NCBI GenBank assembly: GCA_010093705.1
Contig: MU006103.1
Span: 186,001 to 250,000, forward strand
Length of the DNA stretch: 64,000 bases
DNA from: Patellaria atrata CBS 101060
Taxonomy: Eukaryota
Direction of reading: 5' to 3'
The translations under genes were made by a program, and so were the position numbers. Below, one piece after another: positions 1 through 12,891 of this stretch; position 1 is the stretch's first letter, and each line of letters opens with the position of its first letter. A model generated the notes under the pieces. That model searched no databases. It had not been told where the DNA came from and saw only the letters and a program-made list of their open reading frames with translations.

Positions 1-511
1 ACATGCGTGCGTGAACAGTATCCCCATGCTGAGAATCCCAGCGATATCCCGAATGCTTCGTCGTCTTGGATAACTTATTTAGCTCATTTGCGCGGCGAGA
101 TTCCACCTCATGCTTGGCAGACTCAGCGTCTGACCGACGTTGGGCAGCCGCCGCTTTTTTTGCCGCTATCTCCTTCTTGCTAGCCTCGACCTGCCTCTTC
201 AGCAGTTCAGCTTGTTCTGTTATGAGCCGTACGCGTTCCTCAACTTCGGTAATCTCGGCGCGGACTCTTTCTAAATCTGCCGTCTTCGCACTCTCATGGA
301 GATCGAATAAAGCTCCTGATAGTGTGATACTTCGGTTGGTCGGGGCATCAGTATTATTTACAAGCGCTTCTACATGCTGTCCGACCTTCTCTTTATCTAT
401 GAGGGTTGTGGCGAGAGCTATTCGAACGGGATAGAGGGCAGTTCTAACGCAGGTGGGACAGTGAAACTGAAGTTTGGGAACAGGCGCCCGTTCGCATATA
501 TCGCACTGCAT
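1..511 (-). CDS. ATG14: Autophagy protein Atg14 / UVRAG-like subunit, 5' part (runs off window start)
   Basis: Own translation from ATG 511: MQCDICERAPVPKLQFHCPTCVRTALYPVRIAL... has two CxxC motifs followed by a long charged coiled-coil (RAEITEVEERVRLITEQAELLKRQVEASKKEIAAKKAAAAQRRSDAE), as in the fungal Atg14 N-terminus. Open to the window edge. Confidence 0.7.
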   Translation of the reverse strand, partial: MQCDICERAPVPKLQFHCPTCVRTALYPVRIALATTLIDKEKVGQHVEALVNNTDAPTNRSITLSGALFDLHESAKTADLERVRAEITEVEERVRLITEQAELLKRQVEASKKEIAAKKAAAAQRRSDAESAKHEVESRRANELNKLSKTTKHSGYRWDSQHGDTVHARM

Positions 512-1100
512 CTTAGACTATGTGATGTCTCCGGGAGTGAAGGGTCGTCGACGTTCGTATCCAGCAGAGTTGCGAAATATGGGATGATGTATCATGTTGA
601 ACTTGGGTTTCTGCCTGGGAACTTAGCGATCCATGGTAGAGAGTGAGATTAACGCGAAATGTCTTTAAGAGTCAGTCATGAGCGTAGGTTGTGTATGAGC
701 AGCTTTAGAGAGAGAAAGGGTCACGGGTAACGATAATCCGTTTCAGAGGAGAGATATGTGCCTCTGAACCTGTGAGTCGAGGATGATGACTTTCATGTCC
801 TGGTGATTCCCATCTCCGCCGGTCTTGGCCTAGCGGCACGGGATGGGAAGGTTGTCATGTTTGCACCCGCGCTCCTTCCCATCCGATCAAACACCTCCCT
901 GCATAGTAACATGTAATGCCTCGAGCAAATTGTCAACTCTCATTCTATAACTTGTACACATAACTCAAACTGCTCAACACGGGGTCCGACGTGTAATAAC
1001 AAACGCTTAATTCAATTGCTTGCTCTCCTGCACTAACTTCTTACCACAGCGGTGATCGTGTCTCTCCAACATATCTGGATCATTGATTCCCGGACGCGCC

Positions 1101-1768
1101 ATGGAGCATCAGGGCAGGGATTTGAAGAGTGAAGATGCCGAAACGAAATATGAAGACGAGGTAGAAAGTTCCTCGACGGCCGGACATCCAGAACAAGTCG
1201 AAATTGCTTCAGTGCAACGACCAAGAACACCCAAAGGTGAAGATGACGAGCCCAATGGTCTGTCAGATCGGATTGAGACAGATGAAGCTGACGGTGAGAG
1301 TGAAGACCCTGGCGAGGAGATAGAACCTTATGACTGGGATGATTTGTATCGAAGATTTTCAGAAATGGTAGCGGAGCGGGAAGAGGAGGAGGGCAAACTG
1401 ATGAACGAATTCGTGCAACTTTGCGGCGTACGGGATCCTTGCGTTCCAACACCTAAGGGTTCTGACTGAAAGTGAACAGTTCTTCCAACAATGGGCGAAT
1501 ACCACGACCGTTCATGAGGTTGAGCGCGCATCTAAACGGTAAGTGATCTACATTTCCCCGTGTGTGCGTACTGTACCGTCTGACTCTGCGTCTGTAGATT
1601 ACGAACCCGTGTATACCACGTTCAAAACTCAGAGAGCGAACTTGAAGCGAAAAGACAGCATTGTCAGTCATCAGACTACCTCTATCACCTTGACCTTTTA
1701 CTGATAGTCTTCCAGATCTCAACGTTGTGCAAGCTTTCCAAAGTGCGCTGAGTCTTCTTAACGGATGA
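1101..1768 (+). CDS. Small conserved-type hypothetical protein (acidic N-terminus, C-terminal coiled coil), 4 exons
   Basis: ATG 1101. Three GT..AG introns (gtacgg, gtaagt, gtcagt) join ...EPYDWDDLYRRFSEMV... / FFQQWANTTTVHEVERASKR / LRTRVYHVQNSESELEAKRQH / ..NVVQAFQSALSLLNG* with TGA at 1766-1768. Confidence 0.75.
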
Positions 1769-2770
1769 CGCTTCTTCTTTGTTGCAGGGATAACATATAA
1801 CTACCTCAGATATTCTTACCTCTATCGAAGCTTTGCAAGCTCCAAGAGAGGAAACACCGACACCCTCTCAGCGACAAGGTACAGGTCTACGCCAGCTGAG
1901 TTCTATATATCATAATAATTAGCATCCCATACGGTGTATCATCCTCTGATGTCTCAATTACTATCCTGGCTCACTTCCCGATATGTCCGAGAGACCGAAG
2001 GAGCGGTATTGTGGCACGCGGGAAACTCCCCCATTGGAGCCAATACAAATTACGCCACAGACGCCGCATCTGTATTGAACAGATCCCATCGGCGCTAGAA
2101 GTGGACCCCGCCAAACCAGATGGGCAGTCCCAAGACCACTTTGGACGACAGAACATATTAGCAGCACTCTACACAAACGAGCACACATATAACGTCGCCA
2201 TATTATTAGAGTCCCCAAATACGAATCTTTATTTAATATTGCATATCCTCACCCAAAGATGACGTGCTGCCCGCATGCCCAAAACACACCTTTCGGGAAC
2301 ATCACTCCGCTCCGAAACGAAAAGATAGCTCGCTCTGCCACTCTTAATAACAATATCCTCTATTTACAGCTCTAATAAGGGAAAAAAAAGAAGCCAAAGA
2401 AATTTATCCCGTAAACGACAACGTGAGATGATATCGATCGCAAGCCCTATCATATCTGAGAATTCGTATGAGCTACCCCCGGATGTGAAGCACGATGCCC
2501 CGCAAGCTCTAAATGTTCCTTGATGCATGCAGTAACGGAAATAATATCGAGAGAAGATGCGAAAGACGCAGGTGCGGCGGATAATTTGACTGAAAACAGA
2601 AGTTCGAACGCGGTGCGAATCGGATATGTTGATCTGAGCGTAGTACTGAATTGTTGTGTGCTGGTGACGAACGAGAAATTTGGTAGTAGATGGTCGTACA
2701 GAAAGCAAGTAGAAGATTTCGAAATGATGCCGCTTTACGAAAAATTCCAGAAGAAGCGGTCACGGATCAC

Positions 2771-2824
2771 ACGAATGGGTTTGGTTTGAGTGTAAGGACG
2801 AATGGGTTTGGGTTTAGTGTAAGG
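2771..2824. repeat. 27-bp tandem duplication (2 copies) downstream of TRR1
   Basis: acgaatgggtttggtttgagtgtaagg followed by acgaatgggtttgggtttagtgtaagg. Confidence 0.8.
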
Positions 2825-2881
2825 CACAATAGGAATGACGACTTTTTCTTTGGCACAAGGAGAAAGTGTTAGACAGAGAGA

Positions 2882-4290
2882 CTAAAGGAGAGGGTTAGAG
2901 CGGTACTCAGGCACAATACCGTTAATCTGGCTTTTCGTAGCTTGATTCTCCTTCTCCAAATCGTTGTCCACCTCATCGTCTTGCTCGGCAAGCCATTTCT
3001 CGGCCTCAAGGGCTGCTACGCAACCAGAACCTACGCTATGTTAGCCTCTTACTAAAAATAGGGTAATTATTGATCTGAAGGTAATAATGATATAACGCAC
3101 CAGCGCTGGTGATGGCCTGTCTGTATCTCTTGTCCTGCACATCACCTGCAGCGAATACACCATCGATGCTGGTCAGACCTCTGCCAGGCTCTGTCTTTAG
3201 ATATCCATCTTCATCCATATCTAATTGCCCTTTGAATAGCTTTGTCGCAGGATCGTGTCCAACAGCGTAGAAGAGACCGTTGGCTGTGATTTCTTGTACC
3301 TCACCAGTGATTTTGTTCTTGATCACTAGAGATGACATGAGACCTCCTTTCTTCTCGTCTCCTTTAATTTCCACACCGTGAGTGTTGTACTTAATCTCGA
3401 TCTTCGGGTTCGTGGTCAATCTCCGTGCATTCGCTCTTGAAGCTCGTAGTTTATCCCGTCTCACGAGGACTGTAACTTTGCTCGCCTTCTTTGTTAGGTA
3501 TATCGCCTCTTCGACCGCAGAATCGCCACCTCCGATAACGACCAATGGTTTGTTACGGAACATTGGAAGCGAACCGTCGCAAACTGCACATGCGCTTACA
3601 CCGTAGCCCCAGTATTTTTGTTCACCCGGAAGATCTAATCGTCGGGCTTTGGCTCCGGTTGCCACGATCATGGCATCGGCGGTGTGTACCTCTTCTTCAA
3701 TCGTATCGTCGTCCCCCATAGGGTGTAGCCAGTACTTGAAGGGCCTCGACTTTAGATCGACTTTGGCGACTGTCTGGGAGATGATTTCGCAACCGCATGC
3801 TTCTGATTGCTCTTTCATGTGGTCCTAAATAGAAGTTTAGGGTAATTCATGAAGTATAAGAGGAATATTGTCATTCAACTAACCATCAACTCTGTGCCTT
3901 GAATCTTCACGAAGCCGGGATAGTTTTCGACTTCGTCTGTGGTAGTCAATTGACCACCGGCTGCGATTCCCAGGGCTAAGAAACCCTCATACATCACGGC
4001 TTGTCCAGTGTCAGCGTAGTACCTTGAACTCAGACATTTACATACGTTTTAAATCTGCTCTTGCTGCGTATATCGCCGCAGTGTGCGCAGCAGGGCCGGA
4101 GCTGTTCAAATACCCATTAGCATATGTAGTCAGACAGGTAGATCATGGTTAGAAGTAGCGGCGCATTTCCACGCCTGAGTTTCAGGGAACAAGAGGTTCG
4201 CGTACCCGATGACTATACACACTGTCAGCGACGGTTTTTCCCCTGGTATTCAAGTCGGAAGTTGTACATACTAACTAGTTTTGAATGCAT
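2882..4290 (-). CDS. TRR1: Thioredoxin reductase (low-MW type), 6 exons; possible GTG-initiated extension from 4446
   Basis: Spliced translation [20 protein letters not shown]...[16 protein letters not shown]; redox motif [13 protein letters not shown] motif GGGDSA; FAD motif [22 protein letters not shown] at 2882-2884. Confidence 0.96.
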
Positions 4291-5261
4291 CTTCCTCGCT
4301 CCTGTGACTGCGGTTGTGAAGGGAGTTGTGACAGAGGGGAGCCCCGCGGTCGTTGTCTGTTTCTGTTGTATCGAAGCGGCCGCAACTAACCCAACTGATG
4401 AGCGAAGATGCGGGAGACTTGCTCGACGGAAAGCTGAGGCGAACACTTTGGCGGTTATTCAATCAAGATGTATAAGTATTCTGAAGTTTGTTTACAACGG
4501 TTTACGTTGGTGGGGGGGGGGGGGGTTCCCGGAGAAAGCTGGGGGTGTAGGTTTCTCGGTGCGGTGAGGTATAGAGCAAGTTATTGCACGCGATGAAATT
4601 TCGGGTGGAAGGGGAACGGAGGGGTGAGGGTTTGGATTGGATTAGTATTGATAGTGGGGTGTACAAAGAGTATGTAGAATATTAATGTTAAGAGAGCAAG
4701 TAAAGAGGATTTATTCAGCAATGATTGATTTCTAAGGAAGTACGAAGTTTCTGACTCTAGCTGGAAGTATTTTATCGTGTACGTCGACTTTATCTGACAA
4801 GTCTCGAGTGATACATTTTCGGGGCTTCCTTATTTCATCATGGCGCCATTCCGGGCTGGCAGAATTGCAGAAACCTCCAAGCGGCCCTTCCATCCTTCTG
4901 CAGCCTATGCAACCTCTTCTCGCCGATTTGCGAAACAGCTACCGCCTACGCTTAGGCCTTGATATCACTCAGCAAAACCTCCACCAGCTCTACATCTGCT
5001 TACCGATCTTCGTCCACCCAGACCATCCAGACCAACTATGGTAATGATAACCTGGTGTACGGACGACTTCGAACACGTCTCCAAAACCCAGGAAAGCTGA
5101 AACCTTGTGTCAGATCTGAATCATTCGTTCTTCAAAGCAAGCGGACGATCATCGTCCGAATTCCAGGTCACGATAGATTGAATTCAAGCAAGATGCAACC
5201 TATTTTTGTCGCACACAAGACATGTCAACCGTTCTGATGGTATATGGCGTTCCTGTAACTA

Positions 5262-6966
5262 TCAAGTATCACTCTCCCCTCCTCGCTTTCTGAGGTTCTC
5301 AATTCCGTATAGGATATCATGCATTGACCCAACATCTCCCACGGTGTTGATCTCTTTGTCCGCTTCATACAATATTTCATTCAATTCGTCGATTCTATTC
5401 CACGACTTATCACTCTTTATCACGAAAGATTGCAAGCGGGAGATCCGTTCCTGTCAAACACATCAGGATATAGTTTCATCAGTCTGTAGTCAATTCAAAT
5501 ACGTACCATTTCCTCTCCGGTACAGCTCGATTTAACGCTGGTGTCTATAGACACTATAACAGAATTTCCAGCAACAACAACATCCAAGGGATTCCCATTG
5601 AGAGGTATGGACCGCAGTACCGGGTCCGGACTTTCCAGATCTGCAATGGCTAGATGAAAAAGAGCTGGGACTTCTTCACAAGTAACCAACAACTCTGTCT
5701 GTACCTCACATTAGCTTCCGTCCGCTTCAGAGACATATCCGGCCGAACGTACCGACTCCCCCGGGCCTTGTGGGTAAGCCCACAGACCTGAGACTGCTAT
5801 CTTCCTCTCCTCTGGTTCCCTTACTGGCGGATCACCTTTTCCTGTAGGTCTTACATTCTTTGGAAACTCTCCAACAGCTCCGTGGATGTTGATTTTGTTC
5901 TTCAACCCCCTGTTCACCCAATCCCAGACTGCCAAAAAGTCGTCACCACCGCCGGAGACCAAAATTTCTGGCCTAGGCAGGCATATCCTACTAACGAATT
6001 CCTTATGGCCCAGGCAAAAACCCTCGATAATGTGGGCTTGTGGAACCCCTCTAGAAACTCGGATATGCTCATCTCTGTCTGCAGTTAGGATATAGTTACG
6101 CTTCGACCCCATGTTCTCGTCACTTAGCGTAACTAATGTCAGATCAGTAAGCATCGATACATGCCCAAGTAGTAATTGGTGAGAGAATTTAAGGGGTTCC
6201 TTTGTTTTGACCGGCTTTTTGATTTTCGCCTGATTTTCTAGCGCTCTTCGATTTCTTGCTGTATGTACAGTCAAGTTAGTTGCAGATGGGATAAATAATT
6301 CTTTTTGCTCTTCCTGGGATGCTTCCATATCGTCAGGTAGGGGAGTACCAATTGGCTCTCCAGAGGGTGGTAGTAGAGGGAGCGCATATACATCTCCAAA
6401 CTTATCCCCACAAAAGATAGTGTCATCATCCCATGTGAGTGCAATAGCAGAAGGTCGCTTTGGCATGCATCTATCTAGTATGAGTGACCCCTATATGAAC
6501 TGTATAGGTTCTACTTCGTTCCTCACCTTTGACTAAGCTGGTCTAGAGACCCCTGTTCAGAAACCGAGAAGACTCTGATGCACTTATCCTCTGAACTCAC
6601 TGCAACCAAATGCTTTCGGTTATGAGAAAGCGTGAGTTTAAGTATATTTGGAGAACCTGGTGGAGGAGACAGCTTGCGCTTTTTTCCGGGTGGCTCTCCA
6701 TGGTCATCATTTTCTTGATCAGCTCTCTACGAAAATGAGTTAGTGACTGTCTGACCACAACTTCGCAGCACAACTATATAATCTGACGGATCCCATACTT
6801 TAGCTTGATTATCTGCTTGAGGCCAAACTTGAATGTTCGACTTCTTTTCAAGGTTAATAGAAAATATTTTTGGCCCGCTTGCGGCGAATAGTATTCTATG
6901 ATTCTCATTTCCTTCCGGTATACTGCAGTCGAGGCAGGAAAATGGAAAACGGTCGTAAACGGTCAT
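5262..6966 (-). CDS. TRM82: tRNA (guanine-N7)-methyltransferase non-catalytic WD40 subunit
   Basis: Motifs MPKRPSAI, GDKFGDVY, LLLGHVSMLTD, TADRDEHIRVSR, FCLGHKEFVS and C-terminal ILYGIENLRKRG; multi-exon. Confidence 0.92.
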
Positions 6967-7310
6967 AATTCGTGATAGTGAAAATTCTATGCGGTTGATA
7001 CTGAGTCCTAAATCTTCTCGCCCTGTACTCGATCGGTGAAATAGTTAGCCAGTCGGGAGTGTTCCGCACTTCTGCCGGCAGTAAATACACCGCTCTATGA
7101 TTTTCTAGCTTATGGCCTGCAGTTGCGACAGTCAATTGTCAAACCGCGAACAGCAAAAACGTCTCCCCTCTTGTCGCTAGTTGTTATTTCCAATTTTTAT
7201 CTTGCACTCATAGAATGGTTTAAACTCTTGCAGGTTGTTATCATCCTTATTTCAAGCTTCTTCCCCCAGCACCATTATTCGAATGACAACATTTAAAGCA
7301 GACCTTGACT

Positions 7311-8955
7311 ATGTCGGCACCCTTCAGGTTCCCTCCACCACCTCCTCCACCGCCAACACTTGCAGCACCACAACGCGAATTTGACTCGGCCTCACCACAT
7401 AAGATTTCCTTCTCTGATCATGGTAATAGGGGTGGGAGAGGAACAGGTCAAGGATATCGAGGTCGGGGATCACATCGCAGTAATGGTCATATTGGAAGAG
7501 GAACGAATAGATTCAATAGAGGTCGAGGGAACTATTCGCAACAAAGCCAACCTTATCCACGCGAGTCGCACGGACAAAACCAATCGAGCGCGTCATACGC
7601 ACCATATAACATAAACTCTCACAGCCAGTCTACTCAGCATCCGCCATCGCATATACCTTACGCACCAAACCCGCAAACCCAACCTACACTATCAAATGCG
7701 CCATATACATCAACCCCATCACCCTCACCGTATGTACAGACCTTACCAAATGGATCACATACACAATACCAACCATTCGCGCCGAACAGTAGTTTCAGCA
7801 ATGGTGCTCATATTTCCGGACCTGCGCCGTTCCTGCAGGCACAGAAGAACAGTAAGCTAGTATTCGATTTTTTTTACAGCAGAATCTGCTACCGGTAATT
7901 TTAAATTACCATGGTAACAATCATGATGCTTTTCGTGAAGATTTTCCAGAACCCGGATACTCAACAAAGTCTCGGAGGAATCAAAATTCTTACAAGTAAC
8001 GTCATATAGATAGATCAAACCCCCCGAAACCTCCAGTTGCCCCAGCTGTCCCGAGCTTTGGATTTACACTACCACAAGTCCCTACTCCAGGCCGCCCCTC
8101 TACTACAAGTAACCGCAACCAACTTGGATTAGTTCCTTCATACAGTGACGATCAAGATGAGGAAATTGAACACGACGCAAACGGAGAAGCTAATGCGGGG
8201 ATTGTAGAGGGGCCGTAAGTAAGATTCGACACAATCGGTTACTATACTAACCCAAAATTAGGAGTAAGAGCCTCGTTGTTGAATACAGGGGTTCCATGGT
8301 TGTTCTCGATACAGCGGAGAAGCTCTCTGCTTGGATCGCAGAACGCAGAAATAGGTTCCCTACAGCGGCTAAACAAGCAGAAGTCGCTAAAAAGAAAGCA
8401 GAAATGCAAGCTTCTCGTAAAACGGAATCCCGTCCTCGGACCTTTGAAAAAAAGAACCGAGGCGGCCTGTCTGAAGTTCAGAAAATTACCAAACCGGTTG
8501 GTGGGCTTGATGCTCGTTCAATTGTCTCGAGTTCATCAGAGTTATCAGACTCCTCAGAGCTCACTGAAAGCGACTCAGATGCCTCCTCCGAGGATGAGGA
8601 TGAGGATGAGGATTCTGATGTAGCCTCCACCACCTCTGAATCTTCAGATTCGGCACCAGAGGAGGTATCAAGTAACTCAAAGCCACCTCCTGTACGGGTG
8701 GAAGCGCCAAAGCGTAATGAACCAACCCAATCAAAGAAGGTTTGTATGAGCTTTGCACGGAAAGGAAGTTGCAAGTTCGGTAAGAGGTGCAAATATCTTC
8801 ACGAGAGAAAGGAGAAGCTGAAGGGACAAGCAAGCAACAGACCGAGTAAGAGAGCTCGTCTGTATGAGCGGTTTGTGGAGAAAGAGCTGGAGGATGAAGA
8901 TAAGCTTGTCCTTGAGGTTATCAAGTTCCTGAGTGGTGAGAACCTGTTGACATGA
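7311..8955 (+). CDS. Rsa1/NUFIP1-like box C/D snoRNP assembly factor with C-terminal CCCH zinc finger
   Basis: Pro/RGG-rich exon 1; middle exon APAVPSFG...RNQLGL; NUFIP1-type motif WIAERRNRFPT; CCCH finger CMSFARKGSCKFGKRCKYLH. Introns at about 7852-8009 and 8215-8261. Confidence 0.8.
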
Positions 8956-9351
8956 GCATGGTGAGGTACCGTAGGGGTCTTCTCATCTAGTTGCTGTTTC
9001 TTGAAGAACGTCTTATTGTGGATATGGTCAGTACGATTTGTATGTTATTTGCACGATACCCTTAGATTTTTGGAGCTGGTACGGGGTGGTCGGACGAGAA
9101 TGTATTGTACTCGCACGTGAAAGTATCAGGCAATGTAGAATTTATGAAGTTTGTTGCGAGTAAAATGGCGGATTGTTTAATTCTTGAGAGGAGGACTGGG
9201 TCCTGCTGTCCGCACCGGATATTCCCCGTGTGTACGGCGTGGAGCTTGTATCGCATACAGTACAGCGGATCAAGTGTGAGCCAGGGAAGCGTAAAGGGGA
9301 AGTGGAGGAAGAGTTGCACCTAACGTTTAGGGGGCAGGCGATTCGCGAGGT

Positions 9352-9439
9352 CATACCGTGACATCGTCCATGCCGTGACATCGTCCATGCCGTGACATCG
9401 TCCATGCCGTGACATCGGCCATACCGTGACATCGGTCAT
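9352..9439. repeat. 17-bp minisatellite, 5 copies
   Basis: Unit CAT(G/A)CCGTGACATCG(T/G)(C/T) repeated head-to-tail with no spacers. Confidence 0.95.
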
Positions 9440-11032
9440 CGCATCTTAGATGGTGCTGTGCCATACAGAGTCGCATGAACAAACAAAGAGATGCCATCAG
9501 CCCTGGGCCTGACTAATGTGTCTACAGAGGCGGAGTGGAGGTGTGGTACTTCGAACAAGTTTCAAGCATCATAAACTGCGATAGGGCGCATGTTCGGCTT
9601 CCACATCTTCCGTCCAAAGAATGGACGTTTCCTCACTCGTACTGTAAAACTGGCCCTCACGTTCGACGTGATTCCCGTGACGTTCGTCTGGGACGAAACG
9701 ATCTCTCTACCTGAGGAAGTACCGAAGTAGAAGGGAAACACACCAGTTTATGCATGAAATTGCCCCGTGGACTTACGACCTCTCTCACGCGAGAACAACG
9801 ATCGATCAAACTTCGCCGAGTGCTCGTTATACAAACAGCGACTACGCACACCAATCAGCTCGAATGCGGGGGAGGAAGTCGTGACCCTGAGTCGTCGCTT
9901 CCCCTTTTGTTGTTTCTCGAAGTTTGGTGTCGTTTCAGATCGCGGGACCCCCGGTCGTTTCAGAATTATACACCAATGAAGATGTCGACCTTGGCCCTGC
10001 ATAAAACAGCATAATCGGAAAATAAGACGCCCAATTGTCGGTCATGGCCAATGGAAATGGTTGTCAGGAAAACGGGAGAGAGATGGAGTTGCTAAATTAG
10101 GCATAGGCGAGATTATAGAGCTCACGCCGCGCGCCTTAGTGAGCCAGAGATGTGCCAGCCCTTGTCAGTGTCGAAACATCAAACCTCAAAGGGAATCTTT
10201 GCCGCTGAACCGTAGAGAGGTCTCCACGTTACCATCAGAAAAAAATAAAATAAAAATGGTGAAATGAGGATAGGTGAGGAGACCTGGGCCCAGAGACCGC
10301 TCTGTTTCATCTCGCTGTCTATGCTGGGAAACGCTGTGGTGGATCTGCTATTTTGGCCTGGGGTCAGGTACAAGTTGTGAGAATTTCCCCTGCAGAGTAA
10401 TTCTTCTGACTCTTCTTCAACCTCACCGGCTACGTGAAGCCTTTTTTCCTTCTTCTTTCCTTTGCTTCGTACGAGTATACATACATTCTTTTCTAAAGAG
10501 CCTTCTCTGCTCTTCTGATCACTCTCTCTCCATCACTTCTTTTCTTTTCTTTTCCGGTCCAGTTCGCACCAGTTGCGGGGATTGACGTATACTATACTCT
10601 CCTACACTCTCATTGTTTTCGATATTTGTTCGAACCAACTATACATCGTGCCGGCACGTGATACTACCAAATATTGAGCATTACCATTTGATTATCTCCA
10701 GTTCAGAGTAGCTGGATTGCAGCTCATAAGATCTGTTTCGGGTAAGTGAGTTGTTGTCACATTGTACACCTCTACACCTCGCGTGGCATACAACAAAGGC
10801 TTTCTATCCCCCCTTCCCCCCCCCCCCCCCCCCCCAAAACCATTGTCAATAGCTATCGTTCTTTATACCAATTCTAACAATGACATTAATAAGGTATCCA
10901 TTTGACAAACCAAGCACATTGTTACCACGTTCTTTTTACCTTTTAAGACCACGCCTCTGGGAGGCTTGGCCAAGTTCCATATCTAAAGAAATCACACACG
11001 AATCTCATACCCTGCATACACCAACTATCACG

Positions 11033-11906
11033 ATGAGATTCTCAACCGTACTCTCGTCAGCTGTGCTGGCCTCCACAATCAACGCCGCACCAACCACCAC
11101 TTGCACATCCGCCGGTATCTCCGCAGCATCTACCGCCCCACTTCCCATAGGTACGACCCACAAAACCGGCGGAGAAGAATATATCGTCGTCTTCGATTCC
11201 TCTCTACCTACTCCTCCGGCCGTCGAACACGTCCTGGCCCAACTAGACCTAACCCCCGAACATGAGGACGTCCACTGGACCTTCAACAACAGCCAATTCC
11301 GCGGTTTCGTCGCGTCCATGAAAACCCACTGCCTCGACATCCTAGGCAACATGACCGAGATCCACGCCGTCGAGCAAAGCGCCATGTTCAGCACCGCCGA
11401 CACGCGCACCGGCTCCCCCTGGGGCCTCCAACGCATCTCCAGCAGCGGTCCGGCAAGCGGCGACGTCAAAGCCCTCGACTTCACCTACACCTTCTCCGGC
11501 ACCTCCGCCCCAGGCAAAGACGTCGACATCTACGTCCTCGACTCAGGCGTCAACGTCGCGCACGACTCCTTCGCCGGCCGCGCCCGCAAAGGCTTCTCCT
11601 TCGACCCCAGCAACGACGACGACGGCGACGGCCACGGCACCCACTGCGCCGGCACCGCCGCCGGCAACACCTTCGGCGTCGCCAACGGCGCCAACGTCAT
11701 CGCCGTCAAGGTCCTCGGCGACGACGGCTCGGGATTGACCTCCTCCATCCTCGCCGGCATGAACTTCGTCATCAACAACCACGAGAAACGAAGCCGCGAC
11801 CCCGACTTCGTCGGCTCCGTCATGAGCGCCTCCTGGGGCCTCAACTCCGTATCCCAAACGGTAAACGACGGCATCCGCGCCGTTACAGAGGCGGGGATCC
11901 ACGTCT
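11033..11906 (+). CDS. Secreted subtilisin-like S8 serine protease with I9 propeptide; 3' end lost in the gap
   Basis: Signal peptide MRFSTVLSSAVLASTINA; propeptide YIVVF; mature start PWGLQRIS; catalytic Asp in YVLDSG and catalytic His in DGHGTHCAG. Confidence 0.92.
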
Positions 11907-12891
11907 NNNNNNNNNNNNNNNNNNNNNNNNNNNNNNNNNNNNNNNNNNNNNNNNNNNNNNNNNNNNNNNNNNNNNNNNNNNNNNNNNNNNNNNNNNNNNN
12001 NNNNNNNNNNNNNNNNNNNNNNNNNNNNNNNNNNNNNNNNNNNNNNNNNNNNNNNNNNNNNNNNNNNNNNNNNNNNNNNNNNNNNNNNNNNNNNNNNNNN
12101 NNNNNNNNNNNNNNNNNNNNNNNNNNNNNNNNNNNNNNNNNNNNNNNNNNNNNNNNNNNNNNNNNNNNNNNNNNNNNNNNNNNNNNNNNNNNNNNNNNNN
12201 NNNNNNNNNNNNNNNNNNNNNNNNNNNNNNNNNNNNNNNNNNNNNNNNNNNNNNNNNNNNNNNNNNNNNNNNNNNNNNNNNNNNNNNNNNNNNNNNNNNN
12301 NNNNNNNNNNNNNNNNNNNNNNNNNNNNNNNNNNNNNNNNNNNNNNNNNNNNNNNNNNNNNNNNNNNNNNNNNNNNNNNNNNNNNNNNNNNNNNNNNNNN
12401 NNNNNNNNNNNNNNNNNNNNNNNNNNNNNNNNNNNNNNNNNNNNNNNNNNNNNNNNNNNNNNNNNNNNNNNNNNNNNNNNNNNNNNNNNNNNNNNNNNNN
12501 NNNNNNNNNNNNNNNNNNNNNNNNNNNNNNNNNNNNNNNNNNNNNNNNNNNNNNNNNNNNNNNNNNNNNNNNNNNNNNNNNNNNNNNNNNNNNNNNNNNN
12601 NNNNNNNNNNNNNNNNNNNNNNNNNNNNNNNNNNNNNNNNNNNNNNNNNNNNNNNNNNNNNNNNNNNNNNNNNNNNNNNNNNNNNNNNNNNNNNNNNNNN
12701 NNNNNNNNNNNNNNNNNNNNNNNNNNNNNNNNNNNNNNNNNNNNNNNNNNNNNNNNNNNNNNNNNNNNNNNNNNNNNNNNNNNNNNNNNNNNNNNNNNNN
12801 NNNNNNNNNNNNNNNNNNNNNNNNNNNNNNNNNNNNNNNNNNNNNNNNNNNNNNNNNNNNNNNNNNNNNNNNNNNNNNNNNNNNNNNNNNN
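11907..12891. other. Assembly gap (985 N)
   Basis: Run of N between two convergent genes. Confidence 1.

Noticed and set aside
66..434. Plus-strand ORF and many other short antisense ORFs over real genes
   Set aside because: Shadow frames of genuine opposite-strand CDSs.
4512..4660. Poly-G and G-rich runs upstream of TRR1 as a G-quadruplex element
   Set aside because: Similar homopolymer tracts occur elsewhere in the window (about 10808-10835); there is no specific evidence of function.
7920..8000. Possible intronic C/D snoRNA in the RSA1-like intron
   Set aside because: Only an imperfect C box (ATGATGC) and no downstream CTGA D box.
9352..9439. CRISPR-like array
   Set aside because: Repeats are contiguous with no spacers, there are no cas genes and the context is eukaryotic.
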